Positions 8,827 to 19,826 of a stretch of DNA of 64,000 bases are shown one piece after another. The translations under genes were made by a program, and so were the position numbers. Source of the stretch: an uncultured Bacteroidales bacterium (lineage in GTDB: Bacteria > Bacteroidota > Bacteroidia > Bacteroidales > UBA932); the NCBI GenBank assembly GCA_949286415.1, contig CASEBV010000016.1:12967-76966 (forward strand), read 5' to 3'. Numbering within the stretch: the stretch's first letter is position 1; each line of letters opens with the position of its first letter. The notes under the pieces are model-generated. The model made no database searches. It was not told where the DNA came from and saw nothing but the letters and a program-made list of their open reading frames with translations.

Positions 8827-8843
8827 AAGGCGGTCCGCCTTTT
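8827..8843 (+). terminator. small hairpin plus T-run downstream of tRNA-Leu
   Basis: AAGGCG-GTC-CGCCTT followed by TTT. It is preceded by a near-identical imperfect copy 15 nt upstream. Confidence 0.35.
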
Positions 8844-8876
8844 CTGCATCAACGGTAAAAGTAATTGACAGCCGAT

Positions 8877-9803
8877 ATGAAGATAGTATTCCTGGATGCC
8901 GCCACTATGGGCGATGTCTCATTTGCGGCAATAGAAAAGTTCGGAGAACTCGTGCTTTACCGGACTTCGTCTCCGGAGGAGGCGCTGGAAAGGGTGGGGG
9001 ACTGCGATGTCCTCATCATAAACAAAGTCAGAGTCACCCCTGAGCTCATGGATGCGGCGCCGCGTCTCAGGCTTATATGCGAGGCCGCGACCGGCGTCAA
9101 CAACATAGACCTCGCCTATGCGGAGAAGAAGGGTATTCCGGTGAGGAATGTCGCCGGCTATTCCACTGACTCAGTCGTGCAGAACACTTTCATGCACATA
9201 TTGACTCTTGTCGGCAGGGCCAGGCATTTTGATTCCTATGTGAAGGACGGACGGTATTCCGCAGGAGGAATTTTCACGGATGCCTCGGTGCCTTATCTTG
9301 AACTTGCAGGCAAGACCATGGGAATCATAGGGATGGGGACCATCGGCAGCCGCGTGGCCAAGGTCGCTGAGGCCTTCGGGATGAAGATCTGCTATTTCTC
9401 CACTTCCGGGACTTCCCACTGCCGCGAATATCCGAGTCTGCCGCTGGATGAACTTCTGGCAAAGTCGGATATCGTGTCAATACACGCACCGTACAATGAG
9501 AGGACAGCAGGGCTGATAGGAGCGGAGGAGCTTGCAAAGATGAAGTCCACCGCCGTCATCATCAATATGGGCCGCGGAGGCATTGTGGATGAGAAGTCTC
9601 TCGCCCGGGCTGTGGATGCCGGCATTATAGCCGGAGCGGGACTGGATGTGTTTACAACCGAGCCCCTTCCGGCAGACAGTCCTCTTCTGCGCATGAAGCA
9701 TCCTGAGAGGATGAGTCTTGCCCCTCATGTCGGCTGGGCTTCCGTTGAGGCCCGGCAGAGGCTTGCGGACATGATAGCCGGCAACATCAGCGCCTTTGCC
9801 TGA
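8877..9803 (+). CDS. D-isomer-specific 2-hydroxyacid dehydrogenase (glycerate dehydrogenase-like)
   Basis: ATG at 8877 (MKIVFLDA). NAD-binding GxGxxG motif (GIIGMGTIGSRVA) and the typical C-terminal HVGWAS motif. Confidence 0.85.
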   Translation: MKIVFLDAATMGDVSFAAIEKFGELVLYRTSSPEEALERVGDCDVLIINKVRVTPELMDAAPRLRLICEAATGVNNIDLAYAEKKGIPVRNVAGYSTDSVVQNTFMHILTLVGRARHFDSYVKDGRYSAGGIFTDASVPYLELAGKTMGIIGMGTIGSRVAKVAEAFGMKICYFSTSGTSHCREYPSLPLDELLAKSDIVSIHAPYNERTAGLIGAEELAKMKSTAVIINMGRGGIVDEKSLARAVDAGIIAGAGLDVFTTEPLPADSPLLRMKHPERMSLAPHVGWASVEARQRLADMIAGNISAFA

Positions 9804-9831
9804 CCGGCTCCTTTGCCGGAAATATCCGGTG

Positions 9832-10332
9832 TCAGTGCCAGTCCTTGTATTCGAGATAGCCTGCGGCATTGTCGTGGGCCATCTTTGTTATTTTCTCTGA
9901 CCCGTCCTTGACCTTTTTGGCAGGAACCCCGGCGTAGATACCCGGCTCCAGCACGCTGCCGGCAAGGATGACGGCCCCTGCCGCTATGACGGTCCCGTCG
10001 GGGACTACGGCGTTGTCCATGACTACCGCGCCCATTCCGACCAGGACATCATTGCCTATCCTGGCCCCGTGAACGACTGCATTGTGTCCGACTGAGACAT
10101 ATTCGCCGAGGACTGTCTCCGAGACCCCGAGGGTGCCGTGGAGGACTGCCCCGTCCTGCACATTGCTGTTGTCGCCGATGCGGATTGCCCCGACGTCTCC
10201 GCGCAGGACGGCACCATACCAGATGCTGCAGTTCCTGCCGACTGTAACATCTCCTGTAAGCGTCGCATTTTCTGCAACAAAAGTCCCCTCGCCGACGGAA
10301 GGGACTTTGCCGTTGTTTTCCTTGAGAATCAT
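9832..10332 (-). CDS. gamma-carbonic anhydrase-family (hexapeptide repeat) protein
   Basis: 166 aa. Left-handed beta-helix repeats with the typical CSIWYGAVLRGD...IRIGDNSNVQDG.VLH motif. Confidence 0.85.
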   Translation of the reverse strand: MILKENNGKVPSVGEGTFVAENATLTGDVTVGRNCSIWYGAVLRGDVGAIRIGDNSNVQDGAVLHGTLGVSETVLGEYVSVGHNAVVHGARIGNDVLVGMGAVVMDNAVVPDGTVIAAGAVILAGSVLEPGIYAGVPAKKVKDGSEKITKMAHDNAAGYLEYKDWH

Positions 10333-10362
10333 ATTTTTTGAATAAGAGTCGGATTCTGCCTG

Positions 10363-11985
10363 TCATTCCCATTCGATGGTGGCAGGCGGCTTGGAACTTA
10401 TGTCGTAGACAACCCTGTTGACCCCGCGCACCTTGTTGATGATGTCGTTGCTCGTCTTGGCAAGGAAGTCATACGGAAGATGCACCCAGTCTGCTGTCAT
10501 GCCGTCGGTTGAGATTACCGCACGGAGGGCAATGGTGTTCTCGTATGTTCTTTCGTCACCCATCACTCCTACGCTGCGGACAGGAAGCAGTATGGCTCCT
10601 GCCTGCCAGATGGCGTCGTAGAGACTGTATGCCGTCATTGTCGGGTCTGAGGCGGAGCGGACTTCGGTCGCTCCCGGGCCTGCGAGGGCCTCTGCGGCAG
10701 CCTTGTTGCCTTCCAGCGAATATTCCTTGAGTCCTCTGATGAATATGTCGTCGGCTTCGCGCAGAATCCTGAGCTTCTCTTCAGTCACATCCCCCAGTAT
10801 CCTGATTCCGAGTGACGGGCCGGGGAACGGGTGCCTGTTGATGAGTTCGTCCTTGATGCCGAGGGCCCGACCCACGCGGCGCACTTCATCCTTGAAAAGG
10901 GAGCGGAGCGGCTCCACAATCTTCAGGTTCATCTTCTCCGGCAGTCCTCCCACATTGTGGTGCGACTTGATGGTGGATGACGGCCCGTTGACCGACGCCG
11001 ACTCAATCACATCCGGATATATGGTGCCCTGGGCAAGCCATCTGGCATTCTCAATGCTCCGGGCGTATTTGTCGAAAGTCTCTATGAAGAGCCTTCCGAT
11101 GATTTTTCTCTTCTGCTCAGGCTCGGTGACTCCGGCAAGGGCCGCGATGAATTCCTTTGAGGCATCGGCGCCGATTACATTCAGGCCCATGTCCTGATAT
11201 GAGGCGAGGACATCCTCAAATTCATTCTTTCGCAGCAGCCCGTTGTTCACGAAGATGCAGGTGAGGTTGCTGCCGATTGCCCTGTGGAGCAGGACCGAAG
11301 CCACGGTGGAGTCGACGCCCCCGCTCAGTCCCAGGATGACTTTGTCATCGCCGAGCCTGCTGCGGAGCTCCGAGACGGTGGTGTCTATGAACGATGCCGG
11401 GGTCCAGTCTCCCTTGCATCCGCAGATGTCGTATGCGAAGTTGGCAAGAATCCTGCTCCCTTCCCTGGTGTGATAGACTTCCGGATGGAACTGTACGGCG
11501 TATGTGTCTTCTCCCTTGATGTGGTATGCTGCATTGACTACATCGGATGTGGACGCGATGACTTCTCCTCCCTCTGGAAGTCTGGAGATTGTGTCCCCGT
11601 GCGACATCCATACCTGCGAATGTGCTGCCACTCCCTTCAGGAGCGGGGTGCCGGACATTGTCACCTCAAGCATTGCCCTTCCGTATTCGCGTGCAATGGA
11701 AGGATTCACGTCTCCGCCGAACTTGTAGGCGAGGTATTGGGCTCCATAGCAGATTCCCAGGAGAGGCAGTTTCCCCTTTATGGCGGAAAGGTCGGCCTGC
11801 GGGGCCTTCTCGTCCCTCACTGAGAACGGGCTTCCTGAGAGAATCACTCCCTTCACTTCTTCTCCGAGAGCCGGAATCTTGTTGTAGGGGTAGATTTCAC
11901 AATAGACATTCAGTTCCCTGAGTCTGCGCCCGATGAGCTGGGTGACCTGGGAGCCGAAGTCCAGGATGATTATTTTTTCTGTCAT
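10363..11985 (-). CDS. guaA: GMP synthase (glutamine-hydrolysing)
   Basis: Starts at the ATG at 11985 ([13 protein letters not shown]). GATase domain (GICYGAQ), ATP-PPase SGGVDS motif, and the characteristic C-terminus KPPATIEWE. Confidence 0.95.
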   Translation of the reverse strand: MTEKIIILDFGSQVTQLIGRRLRELNVYCEIYPYNKIPALGEEVKGVILSGSPFSVRDEKAPQADLSAIKGKLPLLGICYGAQYLAYKFGGDVNPSIAREYGRAMLEVTMSGTPLLKGVAAHSQVWMSHGDTISRLPEGGEVIASTSDVVNAAYHIKGEDTYAVQFHPEVYHTREGSRILANFAYDICGCKGDWTPASFIDTTVSELRSRLGDDKVILGLSGGVDSTVASVLLHRAIGSNLTCIFVNNGLLRKNEFEDVLASYQDMGLNVIGADASKEFIAALAGVTEPEQKRKIIGRLFIETFDKYARSIENARWLAQGTIYPDVIESASVNGPSSTIKSHHNVGGLPEKMNLKIVEPLRSLFKDEVRRVGRALGIKDELINRHPFPGPSLGIRILGDVTEEKLRILREADDIFIRGLKEYSLEGNKAAAEALAGPGATEVRSASDPTMTAYSLYDAIWQAGAILLPVRSVGVMGDERTYENTIALRAVISTDGMTADWVHLPYDFLAKTSNDIINKVRGVNRVVYDISSKPPATIEWE

Positions 11986-12018
11986 ATCCGTGATTGTAGA
12001 AGTTTCTGGTTGTCCGCG

Positions 12019-12026
12019 CAAAAATA
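12019..12026 (-). promoter_or_regulatory. candidate -7 box (TATTTTTG on the minus strand) for guaA
   Basis: The plus strand reads CAAAAATA, the reverse complement of TAnnTTTG. It lies 33 nt upstream of the guaA ATG. Confidence 0.45.
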
Positions 12027-12059
12027 ATATAAAAACTTCATAAAGACGGGAGAATTGTA

Positions 12060-12067
12060 TATTTTTG
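12060..12067 (+). promoter_or_regulatory. candidate -7 box TATTTTTG for typA
   Basis: Matches TAnnTTTG, 32 nt upstream of the ATG at 12100. Confidence 0.45.
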
Positions 12068-12099
12068 CAGCGCATTTTCAGAGAAATATAGTGTTGGTT

Positions 12100-13905
<1,806 letters not shown>

Positions 13906-13923
13906 TATTCAAAAACTTTTTTA

Positions 13924-13931
13924 TACCTTTG
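13924..13931 (+). promoter_or_regulatory. candidate -7 box TACCTTTG for the yceD-like/rpmF/tRNA-Arg unit
   Basis: Matches TAnnTTTG, about 50 nt upstream of the first ATG. Confidence 0.45.
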
Positions 13932-13977
13932 CAGGCTCAAATCTGTTTACGGGTTACGGATTTTGCAGGTTGAGGTC

Positions 13978-14577
13978 ATGATTATGGACAGCCAGGAATT
14001 TTTGATACCTTTAAATGGATTGACATCCGGCAGGAAATGCTTCTGCTGGAATGTCGGCAAGAAGTTCTTTGAAGATTTCGGCAATGCGGAGATACTTGAT
14101 GCCTCTCTGGATGTTGAGGCCCAGGCTGAGAAGTGCGGACGTGAGATATTGGTCGACGGTGTCGTTTCCGGTTCTGTGACTGTCAGGTGTGACAGATGCA
14201 TGGAGGATCTGGAACTGCCTGTCAGGACAAGAATAAGTCTTGAGGTCAGATACGGAAGCCGTCCCGCGCAGGGGCAGGCTGACGGGGACAGGGCCGATGA
14301 GGATGAGGAAGGAAGTGTCCCGGACCGCGAGATAATTTTTCTCCGGAGCGATGAGAAGGACCTTGACATGAGGCAGATAATATATGACTATGTATGTCTG
14401 TCTCTCCCGATGCAGAGATTCCATGAGGAGGACAGATGCAATCCTTCCGTAATGGAGGTGCTTTCATCCGGCATTGAGGTCAAAGGCTCACCGGTGAATG
14501 GCGGCGATGCTGCGGCGGAGAATCCTTTCAGCGCACTGCAGGATATTTTCAAAGATAAAGAAGATAATAATAATTAA
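13978..14577 (+). CDS. DUF177 (YceD-like) protein
   Basis: Conserved position immediately upstream of rpmF. Contains the Cys pairs typical of DUF177 (CDRC...C.E.C). The start is ambiguous (ATG at 13978 or 13984; the track's TTG at 13963 is unlikely). Confidence 0.75.
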   Translation: MIMDSQEFLIPLNGLTSGRKCFCWNVGKKFFEDFGNAEILDASLDVEAQAEKCGREILVDGVVSGSVTVRCDRCMEDLELPVRTRISLEVRYGSRPAQGQADGDRADEDEEGSVPDREIIFLRSDEKDLDMRQIIYDYVCLSLPMQRFHEEDRCNPSVMEVLSSGIEVKGSPVNGGDAAAENPFSALQDIFKDKEDNNN

Positions 14578-14589
14578 AATTATAGAACA

Positions 14590-14772
14590 ATGGCACATCC
14601 GAAACACAGAGTCTCAAAGCAGAGAAGAGACAAGAGAAGAACTCATGACAAGGCTGTGGTTCCTACATTGGCAACATGCTCAAATTGCGGTGCTACCGTA
14701 ATGTATCATAGGGTATGTCCTGAATGCGGATACTACAGAGGCCGTCAGATTATCCAGAAGAGCGCCGAGTAG
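14590..14772 (+). CDS. rpmF: 50S ribosomal protein L32
   Basis: 60 aa. MAHPKHRVSKQRRDKRRTH...C.NCG....H..C..CGYY. Confidence 0.95.
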   Translation: MAHPKHRVSKQRRDKRRTHDKAVVPTLATCSNCGATVMYHRVCPECGYYRGRQIIQKSAE

Positions 14773-14788
14773 GCTCTGCTTCTGAACT

Positions 14789-14860
14789 GGCCCCGTAGTT
14801 CAACGGATAGAATGGAAGTTTCCTAAACTTTAGATAGCAGTTCGATTCTGCTCGGGGCTA
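14789..14860 (+). tRNA. tRNA-Arg (anticodon CCT)
   Basis: Hand-folded. Acceptor stem GGCCCCG/CGGGGCT (terminal G-U pair) with discriminator A. Anticodon stem GAAGT/ACTTT with loop TT-CCT-AA. T-loop TTCGATT. Starts 16 nt after the rpmF stop. Confidence 0.88.
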
Positions 14861-14876
14861 CAAATATGGCAAGCGG

Positions 14877-14914
14877 AAGAGTCTCAGGGATTGAAGTCCC
14901 GGGACTCTTTTTTG
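14877..14914 (+). terminator. rho-independent terminator after tRNA-Arg
   Basis: Stem AAGAGTC...GACTCTT with an inner GGGA/TCCC pairing, followed by TTTTTT. Confidence 0.7.
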
Positions 14915-14977
14915 TCATTATGGCTTCCGGAATGTTTACTTTTCTTTGACATTCTTTCATTTAAGTTTTAAATGAAT

Positions 14978-14985
14978 TAAATTTG
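14978..14985 (+). promoter_or_regulatory. candidate -7 box TAAATTTG for ridA
   Basis: Matches TAnnTTTG, 22 nt upstream of the ATG at 15008. Confidence 0.45.
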
Positions 14986-15007
14986 CATGATATAAATCAA
15001 GACAGAC

Positions 15008-15382
15008 ATGAAAAAAGTGATAGCAACACCGGATGCACCCAAGGCTGTGGGTCCGTATTCTCAGGCAATAGAAGTAAACGGAACGCTTTACATTTCAGGC
15101 CAGATTCCGGTCAATCCGGCTGACGGAACTGTCCCGGAGACCATTGAGGCCCAGTCCCGCCAGGCTTTGAAGAATGTCGGGGCTATACTTGCTGCCGCAG
15201 GCCTTTCGTATTCAGATGTGGTGAAGACAACGGTCCTTCTTGATGACATTGCCGATTTCTCTGCAATGAATGCTGTATATGCCGAATTTTTTACTGGCGA
15301 CAAGCCGGCTCGGGCATGCTTCCAGGTAGCTGCTCTCCCGATGGGAGTGAAAGTTGAAATCGAAGCCATAGCCGTCAGATAG
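15008..15382 (+). CDS. ridA: RidA/YjgF-family reactive intermediate deaminase
   Basis: 124 aa. APKAVGPYSQAI..NG.LYISGQIP...R.C.QVA.LP....VEIE are typical RidA motifs. Confidence 0.9.
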   Translation: MKKVIATPDAPKAVGPYSQAIEVNGTLYISGQIPVNPADGTVPETIEAQSRQALKNVGAILAAAGLSYSDVVKTTVLLDDIADFSAMNAVYAEFFTGDKPARACFQVAALPMGVKVEIEAIAVR

Positions 15383-15393
15383 CTGTTTCGGGC

Positions 15394-17661
15394 ATGAGCA
15401 GAAAGGCTATACTTGTTTGTGCGGCGGCCGCTGCTGCTCTCTTGGCGGTAGTTGCTGTTGCGGTGGCTGTGCTGTATTCCGGAACCGGCAGCGGGGAAGA
15501 GACTCTTGACGATTCGAGGTATGAGCTTCTTGCCGCAGTTCCGACGGATGCCGTGGCGGTCATGAGATTTGAAAGTGTCGGTGACATGATATCTTTGCTC
15601 GCTGACAATTCTTCTGTGCTTAATCAGTTCACCGGCTCATACGGGCAGTCTTCTTTTGTGAAGTTCCTTTCATCCCTGCATGATATGTCCGGGCACGGAG
15701 CCCTGCCGCTCAAATCATCTCCGGCTGTCATTTCTTTCCATTATAACGGAGAACTTGTGCCTCTTCTGGTCGTTGATGCGGGCCGTGCTTCAGCTGAGGT
15801 TTCCGAAGATGCTTCGTTGCTGATGTCTGCCGCGGACTCTGCCGGAATTTATTCCGTGTATTCGGATTGTTCGGGAATTTTGTCTCCGGGAGACGGCCTG
15901 TACAGGAAAAGTATTGTTGCGGCATCTCCGTCAGAGGCTCTGGTCGCATCTTCGTCCCGTCATCTTTCACGAAGATTGTCTGTGGCAGACGCAAAAGGCT
16001 TTGTGGAGACGGCTTCTGAAGCAGACGGCAGTAATCTTCTTCTGATTTCATGTGGGGAGGCGGAAAAGCTTGCTGAAGAAATCTTTTCTCCAAGATATAG
16101 AAAATATGCAGATTTCCTGTCCGATATGACCGAGTGGCTGGCCTTTTCAATATATTCGGCGGACGAGGGGCATCTTTATCTCAGCGGGAAGCAAAGAATC
16201 AATGACAACGGTGAGGACTTCATGTCCGTACTTGCGGACATGCCTGGGGCGGCGTCTTCAGTTTCCTCCATTGCTCCGTCATATTCTGTCTTTGTGGCCT
16301 CTCTCCCTCTCGGTGACTCTATGGCATATCTTTCTTCATACGGCAGATTCCGCGACTTTCATTCCGGAAGTGCCGCTTCTGCCGCTGCGGAACTTGAAAA
16401 AATGTCAGGCATCAGTCCTGAAGACTGGTGCAGGACCCTTGATATAGAAGAGGTCGCTTCCGTGTCATTTTTTGTGGGGAAGGACCTTGAAGATGTCGTG
16501 CTTCTGAAAGTCGGCAACCCTGATGTGCCGGTGATTTTCAAAGGTACGGAGGTGACATCACTTAAGGATTATGTCCCGCAAGTGCACGAATATGCGTATC
16601 CCGGTTTTGCCGCTTCTCTTTTCGGCTCGCTTTTCAGCCCTGATGATGAAAGTGCCTTCACATATATTGACGGCTGGATAGTATCCGGAAGCCGTACCGC
16701 TGTGCAGGAATATGCTTCCGGCAGGGCTCTTGAGAATACGCTCAAGAGGTATATGGAGGATGCCGGCCTGCCTGACAGACTGTCTTCCAGGAAGCGTTGT
16801 CTTGTTGCATATTTCTCGGCTGCAGAAAGCCCGGGGCTTATCGGGGATATGTTTTCTCCTGCTGTCGCATCGGCTTTCGAGGCTGCCGCAGAAGGTGTTT
16901 CATATATGCCGCTCACATTTTCCGTGGGCACCTCCCGCTCTTCTCTTGACTTGTATGCCGAGCTGGACCGTGTCGTGGTGACGAAGAGCAAAGCTCCGGA
17001 ATTTGAGCGTGATACTCTGATAGAAGTGCCTAAAGGTCCGTTCCGGGTGAAAAATTCCGGTACCGGACGCATGAATCTGTTTTACCAGCAGGACAATATG
17101 TATCTGTGCCTTCAGGAAGAGGATGGCCGGGGACTGTGGGGAGCTCCTTTTTCTTCCCCAATCTGCGGAAGGGCAGGCACAATCGATTATTTTGCCAACG
17201 GCAAGCTTCAGATTTTGTTCGCTTCCGGTTCAAAGCTCTATCTCATTGACAGGCTCGGAAGATTTGTCAATCCTTTTCCTGTCGACCTCGGCAAGAAAAT
17301 AACTCTCGGTCCGGACATTTATGATTTCAACGGGACCAGAAAATACAATGTGATGGTCCTGCATGATGACAACACCATTGACATGTATAATCTGCAGGGA
17401 AAGAAGCCTGCGGCATGGAAGGGAATCACTGCAGACGAGACTATAAAGGGACTTCCGGAACCGGTGAAAGTGTCCGGAAAGACATATTGGGTCGTAAGGA
17501 CATCCATCAGGACACTGATATTCCCGTTCTACGGAGGAGACCCGGTTACCGCCGGGTCGGGCGACAAGATGATCCGTTATGACAGTAAGGTTGTCCCGTC
17601 CGGAGCCAATTCCGTGACTGTCGTTTGCTATGACGGCAGGGAGCGGACTTTGGAACTGTAG
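15394..17661 (+). CDS. hypothetical N-terminally membrane-anchored protein (755 aa), unknown function
   Basis: Long ORF with a single Ala/Val-rich N-terminal TM segment (AILVCAAAAAALLAVVAVAVAVL). The C-terminal third looks like repeated beta-strand blades. I recognise no catalytic motif. Confidence 0.6.
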   Translation: MSRKAILVCAAAAAALLAVVAVAVAVLYSGTGSGEETLDDSRYELLAAVPTDAVAVMRFESVGDMISLLADNSSVLNQFTGSYGQSSFVKFLSSLHDMSGHGALPLKSSPAVISFHYNGELVPLLVVDAGRASAEVSEDASLLMSAADSAGIYSVYSDCSGILSPGDGLYRKSIVAASPSEALVASSSRHLSRRLSVADAKGFVETASEADGSNLLLISCGEAEKLAEEIFSPRYRKYADFLSDMTEWLAFSIYSADEGHLYLSGKQRINDNGEDFMSVLADMPGAASSVSSIAPSYSVFVASLPLGDSMAYLSSYGRFRDFHSGSAASAAAELEKMSGISPEDWCRTLDIEEVASVSFFVGKDLEDVVLLKVGNPDVPVIFKGTEVTSLKDYVPQVHEYAYPGFAASLFGSLFSPDDESAFTYIDGWIVSGSRTAVQEYASGRALENTLKRYMEDAGLPDRLSSRKRCLVAYFSAAESPGLIGDMFSPAVASAFEAAAEGVSYMPLTFSVGTSRSSLDLYAELDRVVVTKSKAPEFERDTLIEVPKGPFRVKNSGTGRMNLFYQQDNMYLCLQEEDGRGLWGAPFSSPICGRAGTIDYFANGKLQILFASGSKLYLIDRLGRFVNPFPVDLGKKITLGPDIYDFNGTRKYNVMVLHDDNTIDMYNLQGKKPAAWKGITADETIKGLPEPVKVSGKTYWVVRTSIRTLIFPFYGGDPVTAGSGDKMIRYDSKVVPSGANSVTVVCYDGRERTLEL

Positions 17662-17758
17662 GTGGTGATTCGGGACTATGGCGGAGCAGACCTCGGAGCC
17701 GGAATGTGCAATGAGTGACAATGCAGGAATTAAAAGGACATTACCAAGAAAAAATCAT

Positions 17759-19417
17759 ATGGAATTTCAATCAGTCAATAAACTTTACGAAGAAAGTTTC
17801 AAAAAGAATTGGGACAGGCCTGCCTTGTCGAATTATCAGGGAGTTACTCTTCCATACAGGGATGTGGCCAGAAGAATAGCCAAGATGCACATAATGTATG
17901 AGGAGTGCGGACTGGTAAAAGGCGACAAGGTGGCGATATGCTCACGCAACCAGGCCAACTGGGGAGTCGCTTTCCTGTCGGTGCTGACATACGGAGCCGT
18001 CCCTGTGCCGATACTCCATGAGTTCAAGCCGGGGAATATCCATCATCTGGTCAATCATTCTGAGGCAAAGATTCTGTTTGTGGATGATGTCGTGTGGGAG
18101 GGTCTTACGGAAACTGAGATGCCGACACTCCAGGCTGTGGTGCAGATAAACAATTTCCATTTTCTGTATGCAAGAACCGGCAGGATAATGGATGTCAGGC
18201 AGCATCTCAATGAGCTTTTCGGCAAGAAATATCCGATGAATTTCACTCCCGAGTGCATCAGCTATTATGAGGACAAGCCGGATGAACTGGCTCTTATCAA
18301 CTATACTTCCGGAACTTCTGGCTTTTCCAAGGGCGTGATGATTCCTTACAGGGCAGTGTTCTCCAATATATTCTTTGCAAAGAAAGTGCTCCCGATGCTC
18401 AACGAGAATTCCAATGTCGTGGCCATGCTGCCTTCGGCGCACATGTACGGAATGATGTTCGAGGTGCTGTTTGAACTTGCCATAGGATGCCATGTGCATT
18501 TCCTTACAAGGGTTCCGAGCCCGAAAATCATTATGCAGGCGCTCTCAGAAGTGAAGCCTGACATTGTGATTGCAGTGCCGCTGATCATTGAAAAAGTCTA
18601 CAAGAGCAAGCTGAAGCCTATCCTGGAGAAGAACGGCATTAAGGTACTCTTGCATCTTCCTGTCCTTGACCATATGGTCATGAAGAAAATCTGTAATGAG
18701 CTTGTGACGGCTTTCGGCGGCAGGTTTGAAGAAATAATCATCGGAGGTGCCGCATTCAACAGGGAAGTCGAGGCTTTCTTCAAGAAAATCGGATTTCCGT
18801 TTACCGTAGGCTACGGCATGACGGAATGTGCCCCTATTATAACTTACGATGACTGGAAGACAGCAAGGCTGTATTCCTGCGGAAAGGCCGCGCCTAATAT
18901 GGAAATCCGCATTGACTCCGAAGACCCTGAAAATATTCCGGGGGAAGTGCTTGTCAGGGGAATGAATGTCTTTCTCGGATATTTCAAGAATCCTGAGGCC
19001 ACGGAGGCTGTATTTACAAAGGACGGCTGGTTCCGGACAGGAGACATGGGCGTGATGGACAAAGACGGGTATCTCTATCTTAAGGGACGCTCCAAGTGCA
19101 TGATTCTCGGGCCTTCAGGACAAAATATCTACCCGGAGGAGATAGAATCTGTGCTTAACAATATGCCGTATGTCGTGGATTCTCTCGTGATTGAGGATGA
19201 CGGTGCGCTTACGGCCCTGATTTATCCGGACTTCCATCAGGCAGAGCTTGACGGGCTTTCCGGCGATATGCTCAAGGCTCACCTTGACGACTCACTCGTG
19301 CATGCCAATCAGGAACTCCCTAACTATGCCCGAATCAAGAAGATAGAGATAATGCCGGAGGACTTTGAACGTACTCCTAAACGCAGCATCAAGAGGTATC
19401 TTTATCAGAGGAACTAA
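17759..19417 (+). CDS. AMP-binding enzyme (long-chain fatty acid-CoA ligase-like)
   Basis: AMP-binding motifs YTSGTSGFSKGVM, GYGMTE and TGD..V.D.DGYL.L.GR. The start is uncertain (ATG at 17678, 17708 or 17759); 17759 gives the usual length of about 553 aa. Confidence 0.85.
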   Translation: MEFQSVNKLYEESFKKNWDRPALSNYQGVTLPYRDVARRIAKMHIMYEECGLVKGDKVAICSRNQANWGVAFLSVLTYGAVPVPILHEFKPGNIHHLVNHSEAKILFVDDVVWEGLTETEMPTLQAVVQINNFHFLYARTGRIMDVRQHLNELFGKKYPMNFTPECISYYEDKPDELALINYTSGTSGFSKGVMIPYRAVFSNIFFAKKVLPMLNENSNVVAMLPSAHMYGMMFEVLFELAIGCHVHFLTRVPSPKIIMQALSEVKPDIVIAVPLIIEKVYKSKLKPILEKNGIKVLLHLPVLDHMVMKKICNELVTAFGGRFEEIIIGGAAFNREVEAFFKKIGFPFTVGYGMTECAPIITYDDWKTARLYSCGKAAPNMEIRIDSEDPENIPGEVLVRGMNVFLGYFKNPEATEAVFTKDGWFRTGDMGVMDKDGYLYLKGRSKCMILGPSGQNIYPEEIESVLNNMPYVVDSLVIEDDGALTALIYPDFHQAELDGLSGDMLKAHLDDSLVHANQELPNYARIKKIEIMPEDFERTPKRSIKRYLYQRN

Positions 19418-19821
19418 TGGAAAAATTTGACCAGAGTTATCTTGAGATGGCCACAATCTGGGCCAGAAATTCCTATTGCAAGCGTCGGCAGGTAGGTGCC
19501 CTGCTTGTCAAGGACAGGATGATAATATCTGACGGCTATAACGGGACCCCGTCCGGCTTTGAGAACATATGTGAAGACGAAAACGGGGTGACTAAGCCGT
19601 ATGTTCTCCATGCGGAGGCAAATGCCATCACCAAGGTCGCCAAGTCCGGGAACAACAGTCTTGGTGCCACATTGTATGTGACAGCCGCTCCATGCCTTGA
19701 ATGTTCGAAACTCATTATCCAGGCCGGCATACGCAGGGTAGTGTACCGCGATGAATACAGGCTTACGGACGGAGTGGATCTGCTCAGGGCGGCGGGAATT
19801 GAAGTTGAGAAAGTAGATTAG
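19417..19821 (+). CDS. deoxycytidylate (dCMP) deaminase
   Basis: 134 aa with the zinc motifs HAEANAI and PCLECSKLI. TAATG overlap with the upstream gene. Confidence 0.9.
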   Translation: MEKFDQSYLEMATIWARNSYCKRRQVGALLVKDRMIISDGYNGTPSGFENICEDENGVTKPYVLHAEANAITKVAKSGNNSLGATLYVTAAPCLECSKLIIQAGIRRVVYRDEYRLTDGVDLLRAAGIEVEKVD

Positions 19822-19826
19822 CCGAA

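Noticed and set aside
8814-8838. Direct repeat GGCGGTCCGC x2 (period 15) immediately 3' of tRNA-Leu, considered as a possible att site or integration scar
   Set aside because: Each copy folds into a small GC hairpin (AAGGCG-GTC-CGCCTT), and the second is followed by a T-run, so a tandem terminator explains it. No integrase or foreign-looking genes follow the tRNA; the next gene is a housekeeping dehydrogenase.
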